The notes under the pieces were generated by a model, which made no database searches, had not been told where the DNA came from, and saw only the letters and a list, made by a program, of their open reading frames with translations. A stretch of DNA of 64,000 nt from Obrimoposthia wandeli. Its lineage: Eukaryota. Positions 39,800-53,992 of the stretch are shown in pieces. The number at the start of each line of letters is the position of its first letter. Positions within the stretch are counted from its first letter, which is position 1. The translations under genes and the position numbers were made by a program. Location: assembly GCA_977020255.1 (NCBI GenBank), contig CDROCS010000681.1, forward strand, positions 186,001-250,000, read 5' to 3'.

Positions 39800-39980
39800 C
39801 TAAATCCAATTCAGCAGCAGCAGAACCGATGACATTTACTGCACACATAGTTCAATACAAGGCAGAGATTTTCTCTTCCCTACTGTACACTCCAATACAA
39901 GGCAGAGATTTCCTCTGCCTTGTATTGAACTATGTGTGCAGTAAATGTCATCGGTTCTGCTGCTGCTGAATTGGATTTAG
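39800..39980. repeat. Perfect 68-bp-arm inverted repeat (foldback) with a 45-bp spacer
   Basis: 39800-39867 is the exact reverse complement of 39913-39980. Confidence 0.95.
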
Positions 39981-42900
39981 TGAATTTATCATTAGTGAGA
40001 AATGTTTTAATTATTTTTATTTTTATAATCTATAGACTTAAACGGATTATGTATATGAAATATGTAATTTAAAGTAGTCATGTCAAACGTCTCGTCCACG
40101 AAGGCAAACAAAACTATTATTATTACAGATTCTGTATTTTTGCGTCTAAAGATATTTTGGTACAAAGAAATAAAAAAAATAAAATACTTTACAATTTGAA
40201 CACAAATCGATTTGTAGTTTGCCCGGAAGTTTTTTTCTTGATACACAAATTATAACAATTGAATTTAATCAATTATTATGTATTCAAAATTATTAGAATG
40301 GTTCCAACGAAATCATACTAATTATCAAATTTAAGCAACATTTTCAGCTGAAATTTAATCAAAGAACCATCAATCGAGATTGAAATCAATATTAATGAGC
40401 CAAGCCAGCAAGTAAAAAACATTGATTCCACAATACACATTGACAAAACCAGAACTACCAGATCTTCAAACAGCAAGATAAAACCGGTCTGAGAAAAAGA
40501 AACTGATCTCAGTCGATCTAGCAGACAGACAAATAATTGCACAAACATACCTGATGTCAAGGAACGGATCTCAACTGAAATATCGGAAGTAAAGAATGCA
40601 ACACAAGAAAAAACAACAGTGGATATGCCTATAAAATACTGATCAAACACACGTAAATAGTACTCTTAAGCAGTTAAATATTTGTTTCATTTAATTATCC
40701 GTTAACCCTTAAGCAATCAGTTTTGTGGTGGCTCGTTTAACAAAAATCTTTGTTCAAATTTTCAGCAAAAGTAATCAATTTTCTAGTATATTTGTTGGGT
40801 TTAAAGAAAGAGGTTCATAACAAATTTCTTAGTGTCGCTACTATAAATAAGAGTTGTGTAATTTATATTGTAATTGTTGTCATAACTGTTGAAATAAATC
40901 AATTATGAAAACGTTAACATTAACTCACTTGTTTACTTATTGAATCTGCTGTAAAAAAGTTACTCGCCCACCGAGGTAGAATAAGTTACTTAAGCAAGTA
41001 GTAATCGCTACTCATAACCGAAAACCATATTTCAACTCAACCTACACCTTCAAATTTCATTATATTAGCTAAGCCATGAAGAACCCCTACGAGTATTCTG
41101 AAATAGTTGTTAGAAAACCCAACAAATTAAATATTATGAAAATTATTGCTGATTTGAAATATGCATCATTATATTTTTACTGAAATTTTTAGAAATCGCT
41201 TTGAAATATAAGAGGATGTTACGTGGTGTAATTTCACGTTATTGGTAAACTATGTAAAATTTAATAATTAAAACGAAAGTAAAACAGTTAAGACGTAACT
41301 ACTGAAGGATGAAAATTTGCAAAGGTATAAACATATGTATGAAAAATGAAAAAAGCAAATATCACATTTTTGTCAGACAATGAGTACATGTTTTGGTGGA
41401 TCATCATAATTCAGTTCAGAAATTGAGTGAAATGAAACAATGGTGATAAGTTTCCACAAAGAAATATTCTGCAGCTATCTGATTATTTTGAATATTATAT
41501 AAATATGACCCGTTATTTCCTGATTCTATGATATATTATCTATTGAAATGTGTAAAACGTCAAAAATCTTTACATTGTAAATGTTTTAAAAATTTCCATT
41601 TTCCATTAATTTCGTTTTGTATGCACATCGGTTCTATAGTAAAAAAGTAACATTTTTTGGCTAAAATTATAATAACAAGCCAAAAGAAACATGTCAAATA
41701 ATTCTATTGTTAAAAAGTAGACATAATTCAAAAGTTAGATTCAACAACACAATTTATATTATACAGGTTTATATACGATTTTTTAAACGAATATTGTCAG
41801 AAGGATATTTCTGGTTTCTGATTTTATTACTATAAATAATTTTATATAAGCATTTCAAATAATCTCTACTTCACGACTGTTTATAGTCGCAAATTCATGA
41901 ATTAAATTTTTAAAATGTACTTGTTTTACTACGTCACTTTCAATTATAAGGAGTACCAGTTATTGTTGTCAAATGTTCGTACTCAAATAATATTATATTT
42001 ATTTAAATTTAAATGGTGAAAGTATTTTAGAAATAGGAAATAAAAATTTCATAAGGCCATAGAAATCATTAATCCACCTGCATATATATACCATCAATAA
42101 TTGAAAGGTTAAGTATATTAATAAAATAAATTATTAATATTTCACATTAAAATGAAATATGAAATTAATTTTTTTTTTTTACTTTATGTTAAAAAATATA
42201 TGTTTAACCTTTATTTAATCAAATTAAGAAATTTGATACGTTCCGACAGAAATAATGTACGGTATTTAAAGTAATAAATAATGAAATAAAAAATAATATA
42301 TCATATCTGACAATAATAATAAAGAGTAATATTATTAAAAACTTATCTGACTATAAACAGTAAAATTTATAAAAAAAGTAAATGAAGATTTTGTAAATAA
42401 AATATGCCGGAAATATTTCATGTTTCAAAATTTACATGTACAAATTTGTTGAATATTGAATTACTTATAGTGTAAAAATTTATTTCTATAAAAGAATGAA
42501 TATTTTGTAAATAAAATATTCCGGAAATATTTTATGTTTCAAAATTTACATGTACAAATTTGTTGAATATTGAATTACTTATAGTATAAAAATTAATTTC
42601 TATAAAAGAATGTTTGATGTATTAAATTATACAAACGATGATTTAAAAATAAATTTATTTGTATTGAATTACTTTATATTTTATTAAATAAACTTTTATT
42701 TGGACATTTGTTTTAATCAAGTACTGGTTTATATTTTATTGTTATAAATTTGAAAGAACGAAAAAGGTTAGTTAATTATACTTTTGTTGGGTATATTCTA
42801 TGTTTCGTAACACCTTTTATTTTACCAGATATTTAATTTTATTTAACTCACATGACATATTATATTTTTAAAAATTATACACAAATTTTAAGCATACATA

Positions 42901-43718
42901 TAATTTAATGTATTTATCATTTATTATAATTTATTAATAATAAAGTAAAGGTCAAATTGAAGATTATGTTTTTTTTACTGTCAATAGCAGGTGCTAAAAG
43001 TGTATTTTTTTAAATTTCTTAAATTTTTACGATAAAGTATAATTCTGGTTAAAAATGACAATATATATTTTTATAGAGTTTTTTAAAATTACATATATAT
43101 TTTTTTTTTTTTAAATTAAATGGATTTTGTTTTTGTTTTATACCATTGAATATTACACAAATATTAATTATTATGTATTATGTTTAGAAGCAAAATAAAA
43201 GAAAGATTTATTTTCCCGTTAAATCTAATTCTATATACTAAAATGATTCTTTTTTATTAAAAACAGTAGATTGAATTGATTCTTGATGGGTAATTATTTT
43301 TAACATTGGAACAAAATAGTTTTTGAATTTTTCAATGTTTCTTTTATTTTCCAATGTAAAACAGGCTTTATATTATATTTTTGTTGTCTAGTTATGTAAT
43401 TATTATTGAAAGTACTATATAAAAGTACTTAGATATTTTAGGTTAACTATTGATAATTACAGATATTTTGAAATTTGAAATAATTTGCAATATTTTTTAA
43501 AGTTGTATTTCAAATGAAATTATATTTTACTTTATTATTTCGTATTTTATTTCTTTAACTGAAATTTTATATACCTTAATAACATTTATAATTAAATGAA
43601 TTCGTCTTTCGAAAAATTATATTATATCCTATTTTGAAAATATTCATCTATAAATGGAAAATTTTAATAAAAATTCTGTGTAATATTTGACTATTATAAT
43701 ATTTTTCTGTTATTTTAG

Positions 43719-44299
43719 ATGTTATAGCATTGCCAATGATGGCATTACCTTCCAGCAACTCTTGTACAATAGAACCACTTAATAAATGGATAACTCTATC
43801 TTCCGACATTTCACGTATGGATTCAGATAAGGTCAAATTATTGAAGCTTGATATAGGAAGTTCAAATGGTCTGAAGCGACGTAGATCACAAAGTCAGAAT
43901 GGTCAAGAGTCCCTCACATATTTTAATGGTGAAAACAACCTAATCATAGCCTCAAAAGATGATTCACTGATGGACTCTTCGATCTTGTCGAATTCATTGC
44001 CAAATGATTCAAGTATTACTCACAATCAATGGGGTAAAACTAAAACTAAAAAGGAGACACATAATCGAGTAGAGAGAAAACGAAGAGATTTTATAAATGC
44101 TCAAATTCAGAAATTGTCAAAATTGCTACCGCAAGAATATTTTATAAATAATGATCTTAAAATGAACAAGGGCCTCACATTGAAGAATTCAGTTGAATAT
44201 ATCAGTAGTTTGAAATTTGTAGACACATTTAATCAGCACTTATTAAAAGAAACGGAATATGCAGCAAGAGTTATTAAATTACTTCTAAAATCTAATGAG
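43719..44299 (+). CDS. bHLH(-ZIP) transcription factor exon, MiT/TFE-USF group
   Basis: KKETHNRVERKRRDFINAQIQKLSKLLP...NKGLTLKNSVEYISSLK. In-frame acceptor TTTTAG at 43718 and donor GAG|GTATGT at 44300; other exons not firmly located (possible short final exon at 44378). Confidence 0.8.
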
Positions 44300-45232
44300 G
44301 TATGTCAATTTATGTTTTGATTAAGGGGACCTAGAAGGATTCACAGTTTTTTAACGTTAATGACTTCAAATTTTCAGATATCGTTGATTTTATGTGAACA
44401 AAGAAATTTTTGTTTTCAATTATCAATTATATCGGGTGATCTTCACTTCAGTACTAGATAATTTAATATATTTTTTAAATAATTTTTAAAATATCTGCTT
44501 TTGCAAGAGTATCAAAACTTTATTGAGTTACTAATTAATATCTTTTTTCTTCCTAAAAATATATTAGTAAATGTTATTAATAGAAATAAATTTATCGTTG
44601 CACAATTTTTTCAAAAATCATTACTTTTTATTTGTTGGATGAAATTGTTTCAAATTTGCAGTAAAGTTTGTTAGTGTTACTCGATTACAACCTAATTATG
44701 AGGTCTTGGGAAGCTCTAATGGTTTAGTAAACAGCGATTCTTTTAGTTAATAGCGTCACACAGAAAATGGAAATGCTCATCTGCATTATAATATTAGATT
44801 TTTTACACAAGCTTTTATTAGTACATATTGTACATTAGTAAATTAAAATCATAAAGAAAATAAATGAATACTTATGGTTAATATGCGACTTCAATAATAG
44901 ATCCTATCACTGATAGAATATCACCTAGTTTCTGGCCCTGATACTAAATTTTAAAAATAATTTGGTATGTAAAATTAAAATATCACAAACATACACGGCG
45001 AGCATAAAGAAGCATCCAATGCAAATCAATCGTGAGACACAATTTTTGATAAAATTATTTTGTTGGGGTTTCTATTGAAACTCTTTATTCAAATAGATCC
45101 CCGTAAGGAGGCCCCCAACGTGAGTTCTGTAGCGATAGGGCTTACATATGGATGTGGCCTACTTAATTCTGAAGGTTTTGTGTCTTATTGTTTTGTGGTG
45201 GTTCAATGAGTTGTGTTCACAATTAAATTCTT

Positions 45233-45390
45233 CTTTACTCAAAAATGTACTTAAAATTCAATTCGTCTTTATTCAAAATGTACTTTAAAATTAAAATTTT
45301 CTTTACTCAAAAAGTATTTAAAAAATCAATTCGTCTTTACTCAAAATGTACTTAGAAATTCAATTCTTATTTACTCAAAAATGTACTTTA
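45233..45390. repeat. Degenerate tandem repeat of about 37 bp (TTTACTCAAAAATGTACTTAAAATTCAATT..)
   Basis: 4-5 diverged copies are visible. Confidence 0.75.
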
Positions 45391-45419
45391 TGTAAGTTGT
45401 GTTTTTTGCTCACCAGTTC

Positions 45420-45602
45420 AATTTAAATATCAGTAGTTTCGAATTTTCCAATTTACTAATTTGAATATCTGTAGTTCCGAATTTTCTAGTTTGAATATCT
45501 GTAGTTCCAAATTTACTAACTTGAATATCTGTAGTTTCAATTTTACTAACTTGAATATCTGTAGTTCCAAATTTGCTAATTGGAATATCTGTAGTTCCGA
45601 AT
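45420..45602. repeat. 30-bp tandem repeat (AATTTACTAACTTGAATATCTGTAGTTCCA), about 5-6 copies
   Basis: Period-30 repeat; it produces the KFGTTDIQ.S repeats in ORF 45410-45631. Confidence 0.9.
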
Positions 45603-46701
45603 TTTTCTGCTATTCTGCTATTTTTCTGCAATAACTGAGATTTAATTTCTCTTTATATATAAAATTTACTCACTTTTTGCTTCTCGCGGCCTCTGAAGAT
45701 GGGAGATGGCGGCTGCGTCTCGAAGTATTCCTATTTGAGTGTTTCTTCACGAACTAATGGAGTTTGAGTTCCGTGACTAATAGTTTCCCGTTCTTCTTAC
45801 TTAACTAAATTTCAACTTCCTTTTCGAAATCCGTTCATCCTCCCCCACTAGATTTATCTTCCTTGGCTCCTCACTTTTCTACTCATTCTGCACACATTTC
45901 CCCACGACCTTTTCAAGGTCCTAATTTATTTTAATTCAATATTTTATTCTAAAATCAATTTATTTTTAATTTTCTATTTAAATTCATTTTGACATTTGAT
46001 TTTATGGTTAATATTTTTTAATATAAATAATTATTTTATTTATCTTATTTAATTTTCCATAATCTAACAATTTAATTAAAAGAAACTTAGTAAGTTAAAT
46101 ATTTATAGTAAAAAAATTAAATTTCGAGCATTGAATTTTAACTTGATATCCAGAATGATATTGGGTAACTTTTGGATTGAATTTATTGAAAAATTATAAT
46201 TCTTTTCCTAAATAATACTTTATTTTAATTAAAATTAAAACCTACCTATAAAGGTGGAATGTAAACATTGCTTTTATTTGAGCTTCAATTTATACTGAAA
46301 TTCAATAAAATTTACCACAATATTTTCGTTTACTTTCTGTAGTTAAATGTACTCTATAATAATGTTAACTATAATTTATTTTTAATTTTGTAAATGTCTT
46401 TATTTAAGTTACAATAGATTAACTACTTTGAAATATTTTTTTGTGATTTAAATGTAAAATTTTATTTTTAGCATTTTAATTCGCCTGACGTTTAGTTTTT
46501 AGGTATTGAATTTGCAAACCAACACGTTTTTTTGCATAACTAATTACTAATTTTTTACTACTTGATTATAAAAGGCTGTCATAATGTGTTATTATTAGAG
46601 TTTGGAAGAATAAAATATTACTAATTAGACGATTATGTTCAAGACGGATTGATATCGTTGAATTTAACATTACTGTTCACGATTATATCTTAATTGTCAC
46701 A

Positions 46702-46887
46702 GGTCAAATGTCCGCAGCTCTACACAACTGAAGAGATTCCACCTCACGAATTCCAGCACATTTTCAATGACTGGCTGACTTTGCATCAGGAAAGCCAGAA
46801 GATGATGTTGCACATCAGTAACACTATCATGCAGTGCAAAGAGACTAATCATGTTGAGAACAGGGCTGACAGTAGAGACAGTAAAGG
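46702..46887 (+). CDS. Exon-like island of an unidentified gene
   Basis: CACAG|GTC acceptor, open frame VKCPQLYTTEE..DSK, AAAG|GTGAC donor, coding-like composition; no family recognised. Confidence 0.3.
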
Positions 46888-49268
46888 TGACATTTTTAAA
46901 TCATTTTTAATAGTCCATATTTCAACTACTAATGTTTCTTTAATTCAAAATAGCCTTTTCTCCAAATATTTTCCAAATAGTTGAAATTTATGTTTTGCAT
47001 AAAGTCTCAAGAACTAAAAATAAAATTATGGAAACTCTTTACTTGGTAAAAAATCATAATAAATGAATGACTACTCGTTCAAAAATTTTGGAAATAAATC
47101 GAATTGTTTCCATACATGTATCATCTGTTTGTTCCAAAATTAGCAATAATATCTTCGTAGATACGGATTGGTTATCAGGCGTTTTGTATTATTTTGGAAC
47201 TCAACCCCTTAATGGCGGATGTTACGTTTGTGTTACATGAACAAAATCAAGTAAAATGCACTAAAAGGTATTTTTGGAAATTTTCTAATTAAATTGTCAT
47301 TAAATAATAACATCCAATCGCAATTTAGTATTATATAATATGGTGTTGGGAATTGTATGTGCTATATATATGTTATAGTAGTACTCATGTCAAACGATGC
47401 TTTAAGTGTAAAACATGAATTATTTTGTAATGTGTAACGCTTGCTTATTTATATATTGTCTAAACTATACACAAAATTGTTTCTTCATGTTCATCAAGAA
47501 ATTAAATAATATGCATTTTTGGGAATTTTTGTATATTTTTTTAAAATTATGCAAAGGTTACACATGTAACGTACCATAATTTATCCCAGACAGCATCAAA
47601 AAAAGTATTTAAACAGCTTATTTACTTAATATTTATCAAATACATATCGAAAAATAATGTAAAAATCGTTATTTTTTATATTAGTCCTTCAGGGGTTAAC
47701 ACAACACGAAATCTCGGTTGGAAAAATGGTATGAACTCGATGCTTTCTGTTGTGTTCAATTCATTATATTTACTTTAGAAGGCCAACATACTGTACACAC
47801 ATAAGTGTCTAATATAAACTACAGTATAATCATAAGATAAGATTGCAATATAAGTAGAATATTATATCATTTGTACTTGGTTGAACAAACGTTTACTGGC
47901 TTCATATGCTATCAAAATTGGTTGTACAATTATTTAAAACCTCAAACAATTATTCCTAAAAGTACAGCTCACAATATTCAATTATTTAGTGCCAGCATTC
48001 TGTATATTGTTGGATTGTCTAGAACTTAAACCACAAATGGTCTTCTTCAACTTCATAAAAGTCTCTAACAATATTTCTCGCAAAAAGGTACGTGACTAAA
48101 TGAACCAATTCATAATCAGAAAAATACATGTAGGGATTGACAAGAGAAGTCTTTCAATTTAGACACTGACTTGAACGAATTTTTTCTTACATATAGAGAG
48201 TGGTAAAATGTCAATCTCCCCAAAGGCTTTTCCGTGCGAGGTCAAAATAAATCTACTTTTACGCAAATGAAACGGTAGCAAGCTTTATATTTAAAATAAC
48301 ATATTGAAAATATTCCAAATTTTAAATTTCTTTTAGTAATTTTCTTATATATCCTAAGTATGTATGATTTAATGTTGAAATTAAGATAAATTTAATATTT
48401 ACAGAAAAAATAAATTTGTATAATTATAAATTAGCATTAAATAAAATATATAATTAAGTGATTTTGTTATAAATGTTTCATTTGAAAATTTATTATATTA
48501 TCTAAACAGAGGTTATCGTAATATTTTAAAAAAAATACATTTTCAAGTATTAGTGACATTTTTACATGATGCATAATTGTACTTAAAAATACAACTATGA
48601 CAAAATCATTTCAATAATCTATAAAAGCATGAGCCTGTAGCTTGATAATTTTAAGAATTGTGATATATACTAAAAACGTTAAATCCTACATACTGAATGA
48701 CAATTTCTTTAACAATTGGTTGTATGATTCTTTGGATTCTTAGCTTCTAATGATATCTTCAAAATGGCAAGAATTAAAAATGGTACAATTCAGGCTTTTA
48801 TTCTAAACTACACTTTATTATAATCATAATTATATGTGAATACAACCTTTTATTCGAAACGTGTCAATCAACTATACATAAATCCTATACAAAATCTACG
48901 ACAACAAAAAATGTTTGTTTTTACATAATGCCTGGCTATTATATAACACAAAACAACAAGCTATCTTAAGTGTGACATGAAAACTCAAGGCCCGATTGTC
49001 CAAATTCAAATTGAATTAACTAATTGCTGAATAAGCAAAAATTGATTTATCGGCAATTAGTCAACAACAATATTGAAAATATAATTTAGAAATAAAAAAA
49101 TCCTGGTGTGATGAAAATGGTACAACTTACAACTCTGCTATATAATTTACTGTTATATACCAAAGGAATAATTTAGTAGTTGTTAATAATTTCGATGTAA
49201 TGTTCTTAAGGTTCTGCAATTTCTTGCATCCAACGACACATTTTCTTTTGTAGCTGTTGTAAAGTTTA

Positions 49269-49525
49269 TTGACTCTACAATCACTACCGCTGACAGGCAC
49301 TGACGAAAAGTCATATATCAATGAACGTAAGCGGTATTCCTCGGTACCGTCCAATTTGGACCCGGAAGTAGTTATCGACATGAAATCCAATGACGTGCCT
49401 GAAGCTGCACCTACTTCAGCGACAACATCTACTGTGGACTTCAACACACCCCTACTGGATACTCTTTTGAGGAGCAAGTTACTGTCTAGTTCATCGGTGG
49501 AAGATACGATACGATCTTTCTACAG
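49269..49525 (+). CDS. Exon-like island of an unidentified gene
   Basis: Open frame ..SYINERKRYSSVPSNLDPEVV.., ends CTACAG|GTAAAG; no family recognised. Confidence 0.3.
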
Positions 49526-50083
49526 GTAAAGATTGCCTGAAAAATTTCCCGTGCCACAAAATCATCTTACCAAACCATTAAAAGCTCTATAATACAAAAC
49601 GTGATAACTTATAAAAAGCTTACAAAAACACTGATGATTTTCTCCATTCTACAACTTCCTCTAAAATATATAGACTAAAAGTCTTTCATTGAAATCTAAT
49701 AGATTTCATTGAGGTAAATATATTTATGAACAAATTCGTCATAACTGAAACTTGTTGATTTTATTAAAAGTGAAAAATTCCACAGAAAGTCAATACTTCA
49801 AGATTAGCTATTACCCTTAATTCATTTCTATAAGCCGGAGACGAAATATTAAAAAAATGTCAATACGATCTTTTTTTCCATTTATATTTCATTCCTTTTA
49901 TAAGCCAATATATGAGACAATAATTTAGGCTACCAAAATGTAATTTTAGTAAAAATTGTGTTTCTATATAATTTTTTAAAAGTATACATAATTTAATACT
50001 GAAATGAGATAAAATTTCAAAAATCGGTTTCGTTTTAGGTTTTCAGAAAGACTAAATAATTTAACCTTTACCTCATTACATTA

Positions 50084-50639
50084 CAGTCGAACCTCTAAAC
50101 AAAGGCACAGAAATCTCCGTAATTTAGAGGTTTTCGTAATGAATGATTATACATATTTATTCCAGTAAATCTTCACTTTAAATGTCTTTAAGTTTGTTTA
50201 CCTGCATTCTTTACTTAAGGGAGAAAATTTGTTTCGGTGTCGAGATGCAGGTCAAGCTTAATTCGTGGCTGAAAAAATGTTCTTAGCTTAGAAATACAAC
50301 TTGTTGCCACTGACAATGAAACTTCAATATTCACAATATCTTCCTTGTCAACTTCATTCAGGTTATACTTTTTATTCAGCAGCTCTTCCAAACTGTCATC
50401 TGATGTTTCACTGCTTACAACATCCACGTCAAATTCTACAAAATCATTGGCTGAAATAGGAACTCCGAACATTAGTAATGCTGCTTTGGTTATTTCTTAC
50501 ATACACAATACAAAATTTATGTTCATTAATTGGAATTTAGAAGCATCTGTAATTTAGAGCAAAGAACACATACAGTTAAATGTAAAACGTGGCAGCACAA
50601 CAAAAAAATTCCTTTATTTATTGGTTTCCGTAATGACTG
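50084..50639 (-). mobile_element. Internally deleted Tigger/pogo element
   Basis: TA|CAGTCGAACCTCTA at the left end and GACTG|TA at the right end; ORF 50215-50472 (DFVEFDVDVVSSETSDDSLEELL..SCISKLRTFF) resembles a Tigger transposase acidic C-terminus. Confidence 0.55.
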
Positions 50640-51862
50640 TACATTAAAATATATTTAAATTTTGGCGTCACATTTACGCTTAAGCGGGATAAAACTACGG
50701 TTAATTGAAGTAGTTTTAATGTTGTATTCAGACCCCAAATTATCTTTTGAATCTGTAATTGAATGCCACAATACACCATAGGAGTGACCCTGGTAGTAGT
50801 CAGGAGACTGTGCCATTTACCAATGTCCGGTACGTTGGTGACACTGGAAACTCAACACATAGTCATCAGCAAGACCTCAACACCGACAACGCTATAGTCA
50901 TGAATCTGGCCAACTTCGAAATGGGCAACAGTGGCGAGAAGATTTTGCACAACAAAGACAAAACGGTATTTTCTTTCTTGCAGCACAATATAATATTCAC
51001 ATATCCTATTTTTGGTGGGTTGCTGTTTCAGTCTACGGTTATTTCCATGTATGTGGTTTATTATTGGTTCAATTTCGTATATGTTATCTGCACATAGTCG
51101 CAAAACATTTAAATACAATATATATAATAATATACGGGTAAAATATTTTAAATATCTGTTTCATTTGATACTGTTCTTGCTTTGTCATTGTAAATTACGA
51201 TTTGACAAGTTGAAGCTTTATGGTATATATAATACGTGGCATCTATCGCGCCGATGTAATGCACCAGACTGTCGGAAAGAAACTGATTTTGTTGAATCAA
51301 CAATGCTGCACTAACATAAATATTTAAAAAATTTGCTCATGTCCGGCTTATAAAATCACTTGACAACGTAACGTTCCTTATATATATATATATATAGTCA
51401 CTCAGACATCAATACTATTACCCTATGATTGATTCATAACTATGAAATCAATAACTACAACAATTTCATTCAATCAAAATAGGATAGGAATTATTATATA
51501 AGTAAATCTGAACTTCAATACTTTTGACATTATGTCTTTCGAATTAATAATTGCTTTCCCCGACCACTGGATAATTATCCGTTTCACAAAAGAAAAATAT
51601 TGAAGATTAAAATAATTGTTTTCTTAAGTTTCCAGTTAGTTTCAATTTCATTAAAAAAGTTTGCATGTTCAAATTAAATGAATTAATTAATAATTATTTT
51701 AAACATGAATCAATAAACTTCCTCAATCACGTAATTAAGTCTATTGGTCATTGCTGATATCTTTTGTGCGTGTTGTCTAGGTTTGTGAGTTATACAGGCT
51801 GGAGTAAGTCGCTCAGAATTGTTATGATGATCAAATAAAAATATTTGGAGGAACAGGATTGA

Positions 51863-52000
51863 CAAGCCAATCCCCAGGTGATTAAGGCCTAGTGATCACT
51901 GCAATTAGAAGTTGGGAACCTGGTCAAGGGAATGGTTGGTTGCCAAACCAGGCCTTATAAATGCAGAGAGTGGCTCGGTAAGTCTGGCGGTTTTTATGTT
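51863..52000 (+). promoter_or_regulatory. Promoter-like module, copy 1
   Basis: AGCCAAT, CAGGTG, GATTAAGGCCTAG, CACTGCAATTAG, CCTTATAAA, GAGAGTGGCTCG; alignable to 53496-53636. Confidence 0.55.
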
Positions 52001-53495
52001 AAAGTTTTGAAGAACAACCATAAAAACCAATTTGATAGCAAAAGCGTGGTTATTACTTACCACTGAATGTAATAATGGAAGTGGGGAGCCTGTAACCCCT
52101 TTAGTTGTTGACTGAGGGGGAATCCGGCAAACCCGAATGAAGTGAGGTTGGAGCAGTTGGAGGCCGCCTTGGGCCTAAGTAAAGTGAGAAAGTTGTGCGG
52201 GTAAGAGCGCATGTGTGGTGCCTTAAACGGCACTATGCGATGGTCAAGAGCTCGGGATACTCTCCAGCTGCGAATGGAGTTCAGAGCGATCCTTGGAGAA
52301 CAAGGACGACGGATGGGGCTGTCTCGACCTGGACTTTGATGTCTGGGCCGATGACAAAACCAACGAGGTCTCAGCGACGTATATCGAGCGAAGCTATACG
52401 GAGAGCATGAGTAACATTTTATCCAGTTGGAGCTGGGACAACATTTTGGAGTGTGGAGTGGAGCAACTTCGGAGCTACGAGGCTGCAAGTGGTTAAACTG
52501 TGGCAGGTGATAATGATCCCAAAATTAACACTGACTTGCGGTTTATGAATACCCGCAATGGAAAAAAACTGTTTGTATAAACTCTGATAAAGAGTTGAAA
52601 GGGAGTCAACAGGGAACGTAATAAACACTTCTGTGGATGCAACAGCCATAGATCGCCCAATTGAGAAAGTTGGGAGCTGTTGCAAAATTCTAAAAGAAGT
52701 GACTGTGACGAAGTGGTTCACCTGTAGCTCAGATTTTGAAAGACAAATTCTGGAGAAAATAATCGAATACCCGAAGGAAGAAAGGCAAATTTTAACTACA
52801 CTGAAGGTGGCAAAATTATTATTTTTATATATAGATATATATAGATGATCTGTTGGCCTGGGTTCATGTTGTGGATATGGCTATGAACAAAGTTCGGCTG
52901 AAGTTTATAAGAAAGCTACAGTTGATGCCGAATATGTTTTCCACAGAAAGTAAAGCCAATATGGATTTAGTTAGAGTAAGAGCAATTGATTGGAAGGAAC
53001 GAGAAGAAGAGCTAGCGGTGATGAAGAATCGTTTGTTAGGGGAGTGGAAAGCAAAAAATCTCACGATAGACGAAGCCTAATTTTATATGATGTTGAACGG
53101 GAGATCAGTTGGAGGTCAAGTGACGTGCAATGTAATTGTGGAAGATGACTTAGTAGTGTGATTGTTGAGATTGAAGAGAGGTTTAAATGACGAGGAGATT
53201 TTAAAACAAGGAGTACGTCAGAAACGTGTAGAAAAATTAGTTTAGACGAGATTACGAAATAGAGTATTAGCTAGCTTAGAGAATCCGGTGATTAATGAAT
53301 TAAAACATGAGTACGAATATCGGTGCCTTGAACTTGTGGAGAAATGGACGGGTTTGTGGATTTAGCGAAGAGATTGGAACATGATGAGACAGTTTGAGGC
53401 TGAGTTAGCAGTGATCGAGAGTAAATATTATGAGTGGGAAGAAATAGGGGAAATGTAATCAAGGCGAGAGTTGGGAGTTTAGTAAGTTTGCACTC

Positions 53496-53636
53496 CAAGC
53501 CAACCCCCACGTGATTAAGGCCTAGTAACCACTGCAATTAGCAGTTGGGGCCTGGCCAGTAGATTGGCTTGAATTGCCCAGTCAGGCCTTATAAAAGCCG
53601 AGAGTGGCTCGATAAGTAGAGCGACTTTTTAATGTT
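53496..53636 (+). promoter_or_regulatory. Promoter-like module, copy 2
   Basis: Same motif order, with CACGTG E-box and CCTTATAAAA; ORF 53651-53992 follows. Confidence 0.55.
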
Positions 53637-53650
53637 TTAAGTATATTGTT

Positions 53651-53992
53651 TTGTATGGCAATTTTTTATGTTATTGTTTTGAAACATTTGATGATGAATT
53701 TCGTAACTCATGTCTGTATCCTGATGTTTCTGTAGCGTTTCTATACGACAGATTCCAGCAGAATGGAAATGTATTGGCTATGGGAGTATGCAGAGAGTTT
53801 ATTACGAGAAAATCTCTTGATTATGCTTATGTGAATGACAATTCTACAACTGAAGCAAATGCAGCAATATATAAAATTAATTTTGAGACCATTTTTGGTA
53901 GACAGCAATGTTGGGCAGATGAAGTAGTTAGGGGCCACTATAAACGAACCCTGAATAGTTTGAAGGATGAGCTACCGCTTTGCCCTGACTAA
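53651..53992 (+). CDS. Hypothetical 113-aa protein downstream of the promoter module
   Basis: Open frame with coding-like composition directly after a TATA-containing module; starts at TTG; no family recognised. Confidence 0.35.
   Translation: MYGNFLCYCFETFDDEFRNSCLYPDVSVAFLYDRFQQNGNVLAMGVCREFITRKSLDYAYVNDNSTTEANAAIYKINFETIFGRQQCWADEVVRGHYKRTLNSLKDELPLCPD

Noticed and set aside
40318-40650. 110-aa hydrophobic ORF on minus
   Set aside because: Antisense shadow of an A-rich plus-strand frame that itself contains stops
51820-53640. The two promoter modules as LTRs of one retroelement
   Set aside because: TG starts and a purine tract exist near 53440, but the tract is the end of an ORF, there is no PBS, CA end, TSD or gag/pol, and similarity is limited to motif blocks
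52293-53992. E1A-like LxCxE oncoprotein motif in the small ORFs
   Set aside because: ILECGVE and LCYCFE do not fit LxCxE spacing
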